In this document: one piece after another, positions 49,819 through 62,363 of the stretch
Layout of the letters: the number at the start of each line of letters is the position of its first letter
Position numbering within the stretch: the stretch's first letter is position 1
DNA from: Fistulifera solaris
Lineage: Eukaryota
DNA: 64,000 nucleotides
Reading direction: 5' to 3'
Assembly: GCA_030295235.1 (NCBI GenBank)
Contig: AP026129.1
Span: 620,001-684,000 of the forward strand
The notes under the pieces: generated by a model
Databases searched by the model: none
Seen by the model: the letters and a program-made list of their open reading frames with translations, nothing else
What the model was told of the DNA's origin: nothing
Position numbers and translations under genes: made by a program

Positions 49819-50903
49819 ATGAACAATGCCAAATCCAAAAAACAATTCGATGATGATTCATCGTACGAACAACCATCACTACAAATAATGACAACAACCA
49901 AGCTCTGTTCGACCGATGGCTCTTGGTCGGATGAGAATGACGAACACGACCCGTTACGCGAAGAAGAATCAGAAAAGAAGAAGAATCGGAATCATCTTTG
50001 AGCGCTCTCGAACGAACGATTCCCTGGATTGGTGTGCTCGTTTGGCCGCTCATGTCCACCGTTCCTCTTCTTTTGTCGTCCGAATATTCTCCTATTTCTT
50101 ATCAAGACATCTTTCCAGTGTCATGGTACGAATTCGAGCCGAACGGCGGAAGACCCCAGCCGTTGGGGTTGATATTGGGGCTATTGGCTGTCGGTGTGGG
50201 TCAATTTTGGGTGTGTTTCTTCTTTTATCTCTTCAAATATGGTTATTTATCTGCTAGAAAGGAGCCGCTATCGATTCAAACCAAAGGGGCTCGTGTCTAC
50301 GACTTTATGGAAGGACTACTCACACATTTGGCACAAGTCGAAGGGTTTGTGCTGTTAATGTCCTATCTCACTATTACCTGGATGACGGGAATCATGCCCA
50401 AGGCATACTACACATTTGATGGGACGATTCAATACAAAGAGCTATTCTTATGTCTTTTGATTCAAGACGGATTACAATACACGGTTCATCTCCTCGAACA
50501 CATTGTGTCTCCATCCTTTTATCAAATTTCCCATAAACCGCATCACCGCTTTATCAATCCGCGCCTGTTCGATGCTTTCAATGGAAGCTTCCTAGATACC
50601 ATTTGCATGGTAGTCATTCCGCTATTTCTCACTTCGCAAATTGTGCGAAATTGCAATGTCTGGACGTACATGTCCTTTGGATCCAGTTATTCGTGCTGGC
50701 TCACATTGATTCATTCCGAATACGCCTTTTGTTGGGACGGTATGTTCCGATTGCTCGGTTTGGGTACACCCGCCGATCATCACGTGCATCACAAGTTTTT
50801 CAAATTCAATTACGGACACTTGTTTATGTGGTTCGATCGATTGGCGGGCACGTACCGCAATCCGCGAAGCTTTGCGCCCAGAGTCTTTAATTCAAAAGTC
50901 TAA
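49819..50903 (+). CDS. Fatty-acid hydroxylase / sterol desaturase superfamily membrane enzyme; probable frameshift near 49975
   Basis: His boxes HLLEH, HKPHH, IHS and DHHVHH...NYG, plus several TM segments. The upstream ORF (49819-50001) joins the frame if one A is added at 49973-49976. Confidence 0.85.
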
Positions 50904-51482
50904 GTAGGCGGCGAACATTGAATGAACGGATGTCTTTTGTGTGTTTTCTTCTTGTGATTGGTAATGGGTGTCAAACTGTTGGCATCAAGTAATAAAGTAG
51001 TGTGTTTTTCTTCCTGGTAGTATATTCCGTTGATACGAGATGCTTCTCCTCTTCAAGTTTATTATTTAGAGTCTTTCCAGCAAGTCTATCTCTAGGAGCT
51101 ATAGGGAGAATGGTGCTAGTAGTGAATAACGTTTTGTACCGGTAGAGCCGAACATGCTACTCTCTAGAGGGCGTGTCATTTTCATTTCGCAAGTTAGGGC
51201 AAACACGGGGAATAGCTGCCGGGACTGGACAAACACTTGCGTCAGTAGGGTGTAGAATGCGATGTTGATGATATTATTTTCTTCATCACAACAACTACGG
51301 TCTCATCGTCGTACCGGTAGTTTTTTGGCTTCTTTGACTTTTTCATTCAATGCATCATCTATTGATACACAACAGTTTAAAATATATCCTTGATACTGCA
51401 ACTAACTGATTCAATATTTCTTTCCTGGCTTCTTCGGTCTCAACAAGCTGCATCGAAAGAAAGTGATAGTCTTTCCAAAAAA

Positions 51483-52418
51483 ATGCTCCAAAACAATCCT
51501 CGTTTTGTTATGATGCTGATGGCCTTGCTCCTGCTGGTATTCGTCGAATGGACGAATGCTTTCATGACTCCGACCACTACTGTTCGCAGTGATCTGGCAT
51601 TGAATCTCTCCAGCGGTGTGGAAGTGGAAGATGTCTCGCGGCGACAGTGGTTCGTTTCCACTATCGTTACGGCAACCGCATCATGGTACGGAGAACGCGT
51701 CGAAGCGGCCCCCACGTCCAAAGTGCTGGTATTGGGCGGCACTGGATTCATAGGATCTCGCGTCGTACAGCAACTCCAGCGTGCCGGAATATCGGTCACG
51801 GCAACCAGTCGGGATGGTCGTGACGGAACGGTGGCCTTGGATATTCTCACAACCGACCATGTTGTCGATCGCGTTAAGGAACTGGCGACCGGATGTCAAG
51901 CGGTGATCTCTTGTTGGGGAGCGATCGGAACCGCGAATGACAATGTCATTAATTCGGCCAGTGGATTGGCCGCCAAGGGGGCCAAGGCGGCTGGTGTGGA
52001 CCGGTTTGTTTCGTTTGGGATCGCTCCCGAAGTAGTGCAAGCAGCGTCGGGCATTGAATTCATTCAACCTTATATCCAGGGTAAACAATTTGCCAAACAG
52101 TCGATACAATCGCTCTTTGGAGAATCCGGAGTGATCATTGAACCAACCTTTGTGCACGGTGGTGATTCGTTTGGGGTGAATCCACCGAGAGTGGCCGGTT
52201 TCTATGGCGAGTTCATTGAAGGCATTTTGTCGTCATCGCCCGTGCGAGCCATCGAAGGTGCCCTTCCGCGAGGGAACATCATTCAAGTGGCTCTCGAACC
52301 ACCGATTTCGGTCGATACGGTGGCAAGTGCTGCCGTTGCGGCCGCTTTGGGGAAACTTGGTTCCTCGGTCAGTTTAGATACATATGACAAGATCAAGGAA
52401 GTGGCAGGGTTATTGTAA
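51483..52418 (+). CDS. NAD(P)-binding Rossmann-fold (epimerase/atypical SDR-like) protein with plastid and twin-Arg presequence
   Basis: Signal peptide ending TNA-F, VSRRQWF...VEA, then KVLVLGGTGFIGS and YIQGK. Confidence 0.85.
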   Translation: MLQNNPRFVMMLMALLLLVFVEWTNAFMTPTTTVRSDLALNLSSGVEVEDVSRRQWFVSTIVTATASWYGERVEAAPTSKVLVLGGTGFIGSRVVQQLQRAGISVTATSRDGRDGTVALDILTTDHVVDRVKELATGCQAVISCWGAIGTANDNVINSASGLAAKGAKAAGVDRFVSFGIAPEVVQAASGIEFIQPYIQGKQFAKQSIQSLFGESGVIIEPTFVHGGDSFGVNPPRVAGFYGEFIEGILSSSPVRAIEGALPRGNIIQVALEPPISVDTVASAAVAAALGKLGSSVSLDTYDKIKEVAGLL

Positions 52419-52583
52419 GTTCGTCAAGCAACCAGCAACCTGTTTGTTGTTGCGGCAAGACTGCAACCTAAGTCTTTCTTTATTAGCTAGAAGTCCTACT
52501 TTTTTAAATACGCATTGCTAATAAACATGATCAAATACGGAGTAATATGTAACGGGTCGAATGAAATACAAGAGTCGCTACGC

Positions 52584-53695
52584 CTAAACCTCTGCCACAA
52601 ATTCTTTCGGCTTCGATTTCTTAGAACGAGAGGATTTACCATCCATCTTAAGTCCGTCTTCGTCGTCCTTAGTTTCCTCTTCCAACACTTTGCCTTCACC
52701 ATTCTGATCCGCTTGGGCTCCTTCTTCCTCAACTTTCGGTGCAACTGCCGCAGCAGCCGACTCTGCAACGTCCGCTAGGATGTCGGAGTCAATGCCCGAA
52801 CGAACTTGCCAAGCAAATCCAACATTGTTCAATTTCTCGAGACGATCTTCGGTCAAAAGGAATGTTTTCCCTGTTTAAGGAGCTTGAACTGTTCTCTCTG
52901 TTTCGCCACCCACTTTCCGAGCGCCTTGTTTTCCTTGTAATGCTGAGGAACCTTGCAATCTCCGTTCTTCTCCTTGTACTCCAAGAGTTCGTTATAGCGT
53001 TGATCCCATTCCGGCCGGTTGCGAACTTGCCAGATAAAGCCCAAACTTTCCAGTTTGAGTTTGCGCTCCTTGTTGAGTTGCGACGGTTGACCTTGCTTCA
53101 TGGCCTTGTATTGACGTCGCTGATCGGTGACCCAGTCGCCCAATCCGGGGATTTCACACAAGCGGGGGACCAAAATGTGGCCGTGCGCTTTTTTGTAATC
53201 GGCCAAAAGCGTGAAGAAGCGATTCCAATGCTCATCGCCGCGAGACGTTAGAGGAACGTGCAAATGCTGCAACACCTTGATTTGATCTTCCGTCAAGGTA
53301 GAAGGTGTCGGAGGTTCATCGCTTCCGTCCCCTTCGTCCTCGTCGCCATCTTCTTTCACTGCAGCATGGTTCTTGTATTCACGCTTCACGTGCTGCAGCC
53401 AAGCGTGCAACTCCGGGTACTCCTCCTTGGGGACATGATAATTCCCTTTCTCCGCTTTAAAGAGCAAGAGCTGGAATAGGTAGTTGTTGAAAGCACCTGG
53501 TTCTGTCGAAAGGATCTTGAGGCCTCGAGTGGGTGCCTTGCGTGCCTTCTTGGCGGGCGGTAGCTTGACATCATCGTCTCCCGCAGCGACTTCATCGTCA
53601 GCAGCGGCTTCGCCTTCGTTCGCTTTCACTTCATCGGGCTTGATCGTTTCCGCAACTTCGGCTTCTTTGGTGCGCTTTCCTCGACTGGCGGGCAT
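52584..53695 (-). CDS. Helicase-associated (HA) repeat protein without a helicase domain; frameshift near 52856
   Basis: Three HA modules, for example WDQRYNELLEYKEKNGDCKVPQ...LGKWVAKQR...LTEDRLEKLNNVGFAW (after adding one T). Confidence 0.88.
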
Positions 53696-54643
53696 GGTGA
53701 TGGTTTAACCCTTGAATGAAGAAAAGGTTATAAGAAGGGATACACTACGGTAGAGGTTTGGTCGTTGTCGTTTTGTCCCTTAACCCCACGGAGGATGGCG
53801 GGAGGCCGGAGCAGTGGTCGTAACATTCACCAGCGAAAGGATTTCGCTGATGCAGCGTTTTCGTCCAGATGTTTCCGTTGTCATGTCAAAAAATGGAATA
53901 AGTCAGGACCGAAAAGTAGGCGGAAGACTGAAATGGTATACAGATTCACTATTTAATTTAGTCAATAATCTCAACGGATGATACAAACTGGATTGTAGTT
54001 TACGACAGAATGTACATTTCAAAAATCCACGAACGTTAAGTCATTGCTCATGACTGAATTCCAGTCGCGGACAAGTTGAGAAAACATTTGGGTTCATAGT
54101 AAATATTTCGTATTAGTCTGGTGTTACCTGGTACTGGTGGTACCTGGTAACCATCCGGGAAGATTTTTCGACGTAATAGATAAAGTTTTGCATTGGAATG
54201 AAACATTAGAGATTTGCTCTTCTTGAAAAATGCCACACAGGGATGACACATAAAAATATAAGCAAACGATCGTTTGTGGTGTCTCGTGACTCGTGACTGA
54301 GTGACAGTCGCGCCGAAGGAATGTCAATATTTTGCAAATAACTATTGATCGAGGGTTGAAATGCCAATGAAATTTGTTCAAAGAGTTGTTGCTTCTTTGA
54401 TTAGAAAAACAAGAGTCGATCATCGTTCGTAGAGCATTAAGGTAATTGAAAGATAGAATAGAAGATTATGATTCGAGATTTTGCTGTCTGACGCTCATAA
54501 CCCGTTCGACATCGATCCTTCCCATTTGCGGCTTGCGGCTGTGCTGCAAGAAGCTGTTGTGTGAAGAAAACAACCTGCCCGCCGTATAATCATATCTTAC
54601 GAACAAACATCGACACTTCGAATTAAAGAAAGAAAACAGTCGC

Positions 54644-57600
54644 ATGGATAATCCAAACGAAAATCAAAGTCGCTATCCGCCGGGAATGGGACCTCCCCCC
54701 GGAATGGGATGTGCTGGGGCGGCTCCGGCACCGGCGTATCCTTCGGTCCCCATTGTTCCCCCCTTACTCGTCAGATGACTTTGGATTTCCACCTCCCCCC
54801 GGTATGATGCCTCCTCCCGGAATGCAAGTCCCTCCGGGTATGATGGCTCCTCCAGCAATGCAAGCGCCGCCGGGTATGATGCCACCTCCTGGAATGCAAG
54901 TCCCTCCGGGCATGATGCCTCCTCCAGGAATGCAAGCGCCGCCGGGTACGATGCCTCCTCCTGGAATGCAAAGCAATCAGCGATATCATGAGGAGATCTC
55001 GCTGGAAGAGAAAGCAAAGCGCTGGACTAAAATGCAGTCGAAACGATATTCTCATAAAAAGATGCAGACGTTCTCTGCCCCTCAGAAAGAGTTGATGCCT
55101 CCGGATTTTCTTCGTAAAATTCTACAAGATCATGGTGACATGTCCACGAAACGATATCAATCGGAGAAGCGAGTCTATTTAGGCGCTCTGAAGTATGTGC
55201 CGCATGCGATTTACAAGCTCCTGGAAAACATTCCCATGCCCTGGGAAGCATACAAAGAAGTCCCTGTTTTGTTTCACGTCACTGGCGCTATTAGCTTTAT
55301 TCACGAAGTTCCGAAAGTAATTGAACCGGTCTATAGAGCTCAATGGGGTACTACATGGCTTCTAATGCGGCGTGAAAAACGTGATCGTCGCCACTTCAAG
55401 CGAATGCGCTTTCCGCCATTTGATGATGAAGAACCACCACTGGATTATGTCGATCATTTTCTTACAGTGGAGCCTCCCGAAGCGATTCGGTTGGATATGG
55501 AATCGGAAGACCAATACGCTTTGTTGCGTGACTGGTTTTACGATAGTAAGCCTCTTTCCGATATTCGTCACCAGAAGCAGTTGCGACGTCCAGATGACGA
55601 GGATGAAGTTCACCTTACAGATCACGCTTATGTCAACGGTCCCAGTTACAAGGAATGGCGACTCAGTACGCCTATCATGGCTCAACTCTATGGACTTGCT
55701 GAACCTCTGTTAAGTGCCTTTAATGACCAGAACCATCGCTACCTTTTCGATTTGCCCGAATTCTTGACAGCTAAATCGCTTAATGTGGCAATTCCGGGTG
55801 GCCCACGATTCGAACCACTCTTTCGCGATGTTCATCAAGAAGACGAGGACTGGAATGATTTCAATGACATTTCCAAGATTATCATTCGCCAGCATATCCG
55901 TACGGAGTACAAAATTGCCTTTCCCCACGTGTACAATTCTCGCCCTCGCCAAGTCAAATTGGCTCCGTATCACCATGTTCCATATTGTTATGCTGGTAAT
56001 GAAGAAGAAGATGGCGATGAGGAAATGGAAGTCACGTGCTTCGAAATATATCCTTCACAATTGAACCCCATTGTCAGAGTCGACAAAACTGATTGGCGTC
56101 AACATTGGGAGACTGTTGACGACTATTTTGCAGAGGACGATCGATTGCCTCTAGTGGGAGAAATTCAGCACATCGATTCTGATAATTGGTCTCAACATAC
56201 CACCAACTTCTTCTCTTTTGACGATCCTGGTTGGGAGCTGGATGAAGAATGCATTTTGTGGGCACAGCCACTTGTTTGTGATGCTCCATTATCAACGGTC
56301 AACACGTCATCTGGAATAACATTGTACAATGCTCCGCATCCATTCACGTTACGATCAGGGCGCACGCGACGCACAGTTGACATCCCCTTGATTAATCACT
56401 GGTTCCGCGATCGGATCTCTCGAGACTTGAACTATCCAACAAAAGTGCGCGTGTCTTATCAGAAACTTCTAAAGGCGTGGGTTCTTAATCAATTGCATTC
56501 GAAACCAGACAAGCCTAAAACAAAGCGTGCACTGTTTAAAAGCTTGAAGAGTACTAAGTTTTTCCAGTGCACGGAACTTGATTGGCTGGAAGCTGGTTTG
56601 CAGATCTGTCGCCAGGGTCACAATGTTTTGAACTTGCTGATAATGAGAAAGCAACTGAAGTACCTACACTTGGACTACAACTTCAATTTGAAACCAACCA
56701 AGACATTGACTACAAAAGAACGAAAAAAATCCCGTTTCGGCAATGCTTTCCACCTGGTTCGCGAAATTTTGCGATTGACCAAGTTGGTCGTCGATGCGCA
56801 TGCGCAATACCGCCTTTCGAACATTGATGCTTATCAGTTGGCGGATGGTCTGCAGTACACTTTTAACCACGTGGGACAGTTGACGGGCATGTACCGATAC
56901 AAATACCGATTGATGCGGCAAATTCGTACTTGCAAGGATTTGAAACATTTGATCTATTACCGCTTCAACACCGGCCCAGTCGGCAAGGGTCCAGGTGTGG
57001 GCTTTTGGGCTCCTAGTTGGAGAGTTTGGATGTTCTTCTTGAGAGGTATTGTTCCTCTGCTGGAGCGCTGGCTTGGAAATTTGCTCGCTCGGCAGTTTGA
57101 GGGACGACACTCGAAGTCATCTGCAAAGACTGTCACCAAACAGAGAGTTGAGTCGCATTTTGATCTTGAATTACGTGCTAGCGTAATGCATGATATTCTC
57201 GATATGATGCCGGCTGGTATCAAGCAAAACAAGTCCCGAGTCATTTTATCTCATCTGAGCGAGGCTTTCCGATGTTGGAAAGCCAACATTCCTGGAAGGT
57301 TCCGGGAATGCCTGCTCCCATTGAGAACATGATCCTTCGCTATGTCAAGGCGAAAGCCGATTGGTGGACGAACATTGCTCACTACAATCGCGAGCGTATC
57401 AAGCGAGGTGGTACTGTTGACAAGACCGTGGTAAAAAAGAATTTAGGTCGTCTAACTCGATTGTGGCTAAAAGCAGAACAAGAACGACAACACAATTACC
57501 TCAAGGACGGGCCATATGTATCTGCCGAAGAAGCTGTTGCTATCTATACTACAGTGGTACATTGGCTCGAGAGTCGAAAATTTACACCAATTCCTTTCCC

Positions 57601-60600
57601 GCCCTTGTCGTACAAGCATGACACCAAGCTTCTGATTCTCGCGCTTGAACGTCTTAAAGAGAACTACGGTCTCCAGATAAGACTCAATAGTGCAGCCCGG
57701 GAAGAGCTCGCTCTGATTGAGCAGGCTTATGATAATCCTCATGAAGCACTCTCGCGTATCAAACGGCATCTTTTGACTCAAAGGACTTTCAAAGAGGTCT
57801 CAATTGAATTTATGGATATGTATGAATTTTTGTCGCCCTGTTACACGATCGAGCCTCTTGAAAAAATCACCGATTCGTACTTGGATCAGTACCTGTGGTA
57901 CGAGTCGGATAAGAGACACTTGTTTCCCAGCTGGATCAAACCTGCTGATTCTGAGCCACCGCCGCTGCTTGTGTACAAATGGTGCCAGGGAATCAACAAC
58001 TTGGAAAATGTCTGGCAGATTGACGGCAATGGCGACAGTCTTGTTCTGCTTCAGTCAAAGTTTGAAAAGTTTCATGAGAAGATTGATCTGACCCTTTTGA
58101 ATCGCTTGCTGCGATTGATTGTCGATCACAACATAGCTGACTACATGACAGCCAAGAATAATGTGAGCATCTCGTACAAAGACATGTTGCACACCAACTC
58201 GTATGGATTGATTCGCGGATTGCAATTTTCGTCATTCATTGTTCAGTATTACGGATTGGTTCTTGACTTGCTTGTTCTTGGTCTCAATCGCGCTAGCGAA
58301 ATTGCTGGACCACCGCAACGTCCAAACGAGTATCTTACATTCGCAGACATTGAGACGGAAGTCAATCACCCCATTCGTCTGTATACCAGGTACTTCGACC
58401 AGATTTACATGTTGGTGAAGTTTGACACTAACGAGAGCAAAGACTTGATTCAGCGCTATTTGATTGAACACCCAGATCCGAACAACGAAAACGCCGTGGG
58501 CTATCGGAATAAGAAATGCTGGCCGAGGGATTGCCGTATGAGACTTCTTAAACGAGACGTCAATCTAGGTAGAGCTGTGTTTTGGGATATGAAGAATCGA
58601 CTGCCACGAAGTATCACGAGTCTGGACTGGGACGAATCTTTTGTCAGCGTATACAGCGCCGATAATCCAAACCTCTTGTTTGACATGTGCGGTTTCGAGG
58701 TACGAATCCAGCCAGTCGGGGCGCACAGACCAACACCGCAAGGTTCTGCAGTGGCATCGCAACAAACAACTACCTACAAAGATGGTGTTTGGAATTTGCA
58801 GAATGAATCGACAAAGGAGATGACCGCTCAAGCGCATCTTCGCGTAGAAGAAAGTGCTGTTCGCGCCTTCGATAACAGAATTCGTCAGATACTGATGAGT
58901 AGCGGAGCTACCACTTTCACAAAAATTGCTAACAAGTGGAACACGGCCATAATAGGTCTTATGACCTATTATCGAGAAGCTGTCTTGAACACGCAGGAGC
59001 TTCTTGATTTGCTTGTGAAGAACGAGAACAAAATTCAAACGAGAATCAAAATCGGCTTGAACAGCAAGATGCCTAGTCGCTTCCCTCCAGTCGTCTTCTA
59101 TTGCCCCAAGGAACTTGGTGGCCTTGGTATGTTATCCATGGGTCACGTTCTAATCCCTCAAAGTGATCTGCGATACAGTAAGCAGACGGACACTGGAGTT
59201 ACGCACTTTCGGTCCGGCTTGAGCCACGATGCGGACCAGCTTATCCCCACTTTGTTTCGCTATTTACAACCGTGGGAAAGTGAATTTGTGGACTCTCAGC
59301 GTGTATGGGCAGAATATGCTTTAAAGCGTCAAGAGGCTAATGCCCAAAATCGTCGTCTGACTCTTGAGGACCTAGAAGACTCTTGGAACAGAGGTGCGTC
59401 GTCCAATTTTGTGCACATATTTTTAATCGATTCGTTTTCTCAACCAGGTGATTTATCTTTACAGGTATTCCGCGCATCAACACGCTGTTTTCGAAGGATC
59501 GACACACGTTGGCGTACGACCGTGGGTGGCGCTGCAGAGAGGAAATGAAGAAATACCATATACTCCGTGTCAATCCCTTCTGGTGGACCCATCAGCGTCA
59601 TGATGGTAAACTGTGGAACCTTAATGCGTATCGTACGGATATGATTCAAGCACTCGGGGGTGTCGAAGGTATATTGGAACACAGTCTTTTCAAAGGAACA
59701 TACTTTCCGACTTGGGAGGGTCTCTTTTGGGAAAAGGCGTCTGGTTTTGAGGAAAGTATGAAATTTAAGAAACTGACGAACGCACAACGATCAGGTCTCA
59801 CTCAGATCCCGAATCGACGTTTCACACTCTGGTGGTCTCCGACGATTAACCGAGCGAATGTGTATGTGGGCTTCCAAGTTCAGTTGGATTTAACGGGAAT
59901 CTTCATGCATGGAAAGATTCCAACGTTGAAGATCTCTTTGATTCAGATCTTCCGCGCCCACCTGTGGCAAAAGATTCACGAGAGCATTGTTATGGATATT
60001 GTCCAGGTGTTCGACCAAGAACTGGATTCACTCGAAATCGAAAGCGTTCAGAAAGAGACAATTCACCCGCGAAAGTCCTACAAAATGAACAGCAGCTGCG
60101 CAGATCTTGTCCTCTTTGCCGCCTATAAATGGCAAGTGTCAAAACCTAGCCTGCTTCATGACCCTAGAGATGACTACGATGGTACAACCACAAACAAATT
60201 TTGGATTGATGTTCAACTTCGTTGGGGTGACTTCGATTCACATGACATTGAACGTTACGCCCGAGCCAAGTTTCTTGACTACACTACGGATAACATGAGT
60301 ATCTATCCATCGCCGACGGGTTGTCTTATAGCAATCGATCTTGCGTATTCCCTTTACAGTGGTTTTGGGAACTACATCCCAGGCGGAAAGCCACTATTAC
60401 AGCAAGCAATGGCAAAGATAATTAAGGCAAACCCTGCCCTTTATGTACTACGTGAACGCATCAGGAAAGGATTGCAACTTTATTCGAGTGAGCCAACAGA
60501 ACCGTACTTGAGCTCCCAGAACTACGGCGAGCTTTTCTCCAACCAAGTCATTTGGTTCGTGGACGATACTAACGTCTACCGCGTTACAATTCATAAGACT

Positions 60601-62268
60601 TTTGAAGGAAACCTTACCACTAAGCCTATCAATGGTGCAATTTTCATTTTTAACCCAAGGACTGGACAGTTGTTCCTCAAAATTATTCACACCAGTGTTT
60701 GGGCTGGCCAGAAGCGATTGTCACAGCTAGCCAAGTGGAAGACAGCCGAGGAAGTAGCAGCGCTGATTCGTTCTCTTCCCATTGAAGAACAGCCCAAGCA
60801 AATCATTGTAACCCGAAAGGGAATGCTTGACCCGCTCGAAGTCCATTGCCTTGATTTTCCCAATATCGTTCTGAAGGGATCTGAGCTTCAGCTGCCTTTT
60901 CAAGCAGCTTTGAAAGTTGAAAAGCTCGGTGACTTGATCTTACGAGCAACTGAACCACAGATGGTCCTTTTTAACATCTACGATGATTGGCTGAAGAGCA
61001 TATCATCATACACGGCTTTTTCGCGGCTGATCTTAATCCTTCGAGGTCTCCACGTGAACACAGATCGCGTCAAACAAATTCTACGACCGGATAACAGTGT
61101 TGTAACGGAACCGCACCATATCTGGCCAACACTGACGGATGAGCAGTGGATCAAAATTGAAATTGCTTTGAAAGATCTTATCCTCGCGGACTACGGCAAG
61201 AAAAACAATGTCAATGTGTCGAGTTTAACTCAGAGTGAAATCAGAGATATAATTTTAGGAATGGAAATCGCTCCGCCGTCGGTGCAACGACAGCAAGTGG
61301 CCGAGATTGAGGCGCAAGCTCGCGAACAGTCACAAATGACAGCCACTACTACGAAAACAACGAATGTGCATGGTGAACAAATCGTTGTCACTACTACGAC
61401 GCAGTATGAGGCCGCCACTTTCCAAAGCAAGACCGACTGGCGTGTACGAGCAATCAGCGCGACAAACTTGCATTTGCGAACGAAACACATTTACGTCTCT
61501 TCAGAGGATATATCCGAAGCTGGACTGACTTACGTCCTTCCTAAGAACATCTTGTCGAAATTCATCACGATAGCTGACTTGCGCACACAGATAGCTGGAT
61601 ACTTGTATGGTGCACAACCGGAAGACAACGATCAAGTTAGAGAAGTTCGATGTATTGTTCTGGTCCCACAGGTCGGCAATCACCAAAGTGTCACCCTACC
61701 GAAGAGGCTCCCAGAGAAGGATGATGCTCTTCTGAAAGGGCTAGAACCACTGGGCTGGATACATACCCAGCCCAATGAACTTATCCAGAATGGTATGCAG
61801 ATTTTACCAGCTCCGGATGTCGTGATGCATGCAGCAATCTTAGAAGATAATCCAGGAGCTTGGACGGGCAAACACGAAATTGTAATCACCACTTCGTTCA
61901 CACAAGGCTCGTGTTCACTAACCGCCTATACGATCACCGAAGCGGGCTTGGAGTGGGGTAAGAAAAGCCGAAACATTCCAGGCGGTGTTGCAAATGCAGA
62001 AAACTACACCTCTGATTGTTTTGAGAAAGTCCAGATGCTTTTGAGTGACCGCTTCAAAGGCTTTTTCCTGGTTCCCCAAGGAACCGCATGGAACTACAAC
62101 TTTCAAGGGGTCAAACACAGCGTTGGTATGGATTACAGCCTCAAAATGGACGTTCCGCAACCATTTTACGCCGAATGCCACCGACCGCAGCACTTTTTGT
62201 CGTTTGTGCAAATGGAAGGAGAAGAAAATGATGACGATGGAGCCGATTTGGACGACTTTTTATCGTAA
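54644..62268 (+). CDS. PRP8: Pre-mRNA splicing factor PRP8; intron 59394-59464; frameshifts near 54760 and 57291
   Basis: Strongly conserved Prp8 blocks throughout: [104 protein letters not shown]...ACAG intron joins WNRG to IPRINTLF. Confidence 0.98.
54795..54971 (+). repeat. 36-nt tandem repeat with alternating A/B units encoding PPGMQ[VA]PPGMMP in the PRP8 N-terminus
   Basis: Units at 54813, 54849, 54885 and 54921 plus partial flanks. They alternate caagtccctccggg and caagcgccgccggg. Confidence 0.9.
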
Positions 62269-62363
62269 GAGCGTAACATGCTATTGAGTTCCTCCATATC
62301 TTGTTATCGTTCAAAAATGAAATTATGTGGTTAGTTGATGTTCGCTATTCAGTAAGCATAAAT

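Noticed and set aside
52853..52856. Premature TGA codons (here and at about 48300 in hflX) as selenocysteine or readthrough
   Set aside because: Homology continues in a different frame, not the same frame, so these are frameshifts and not readthrough.
59720..59760. PRP8 intein at the canonical [10 protein letters not shown] insertion site
   Set aside because: The sequence is contiguous ([12 protein letters not shown]), and no large Hint or homing-endonuclease insertion is seen anywhere in the gene.
34161..62268. Calling UTP14, hflX, PRP8 and other broken genes pseudogenes
   Set aside because: Conserved motifs are intact with no in-frame nonsense decay; the lesions are single indels, nearly all in homopolymers.
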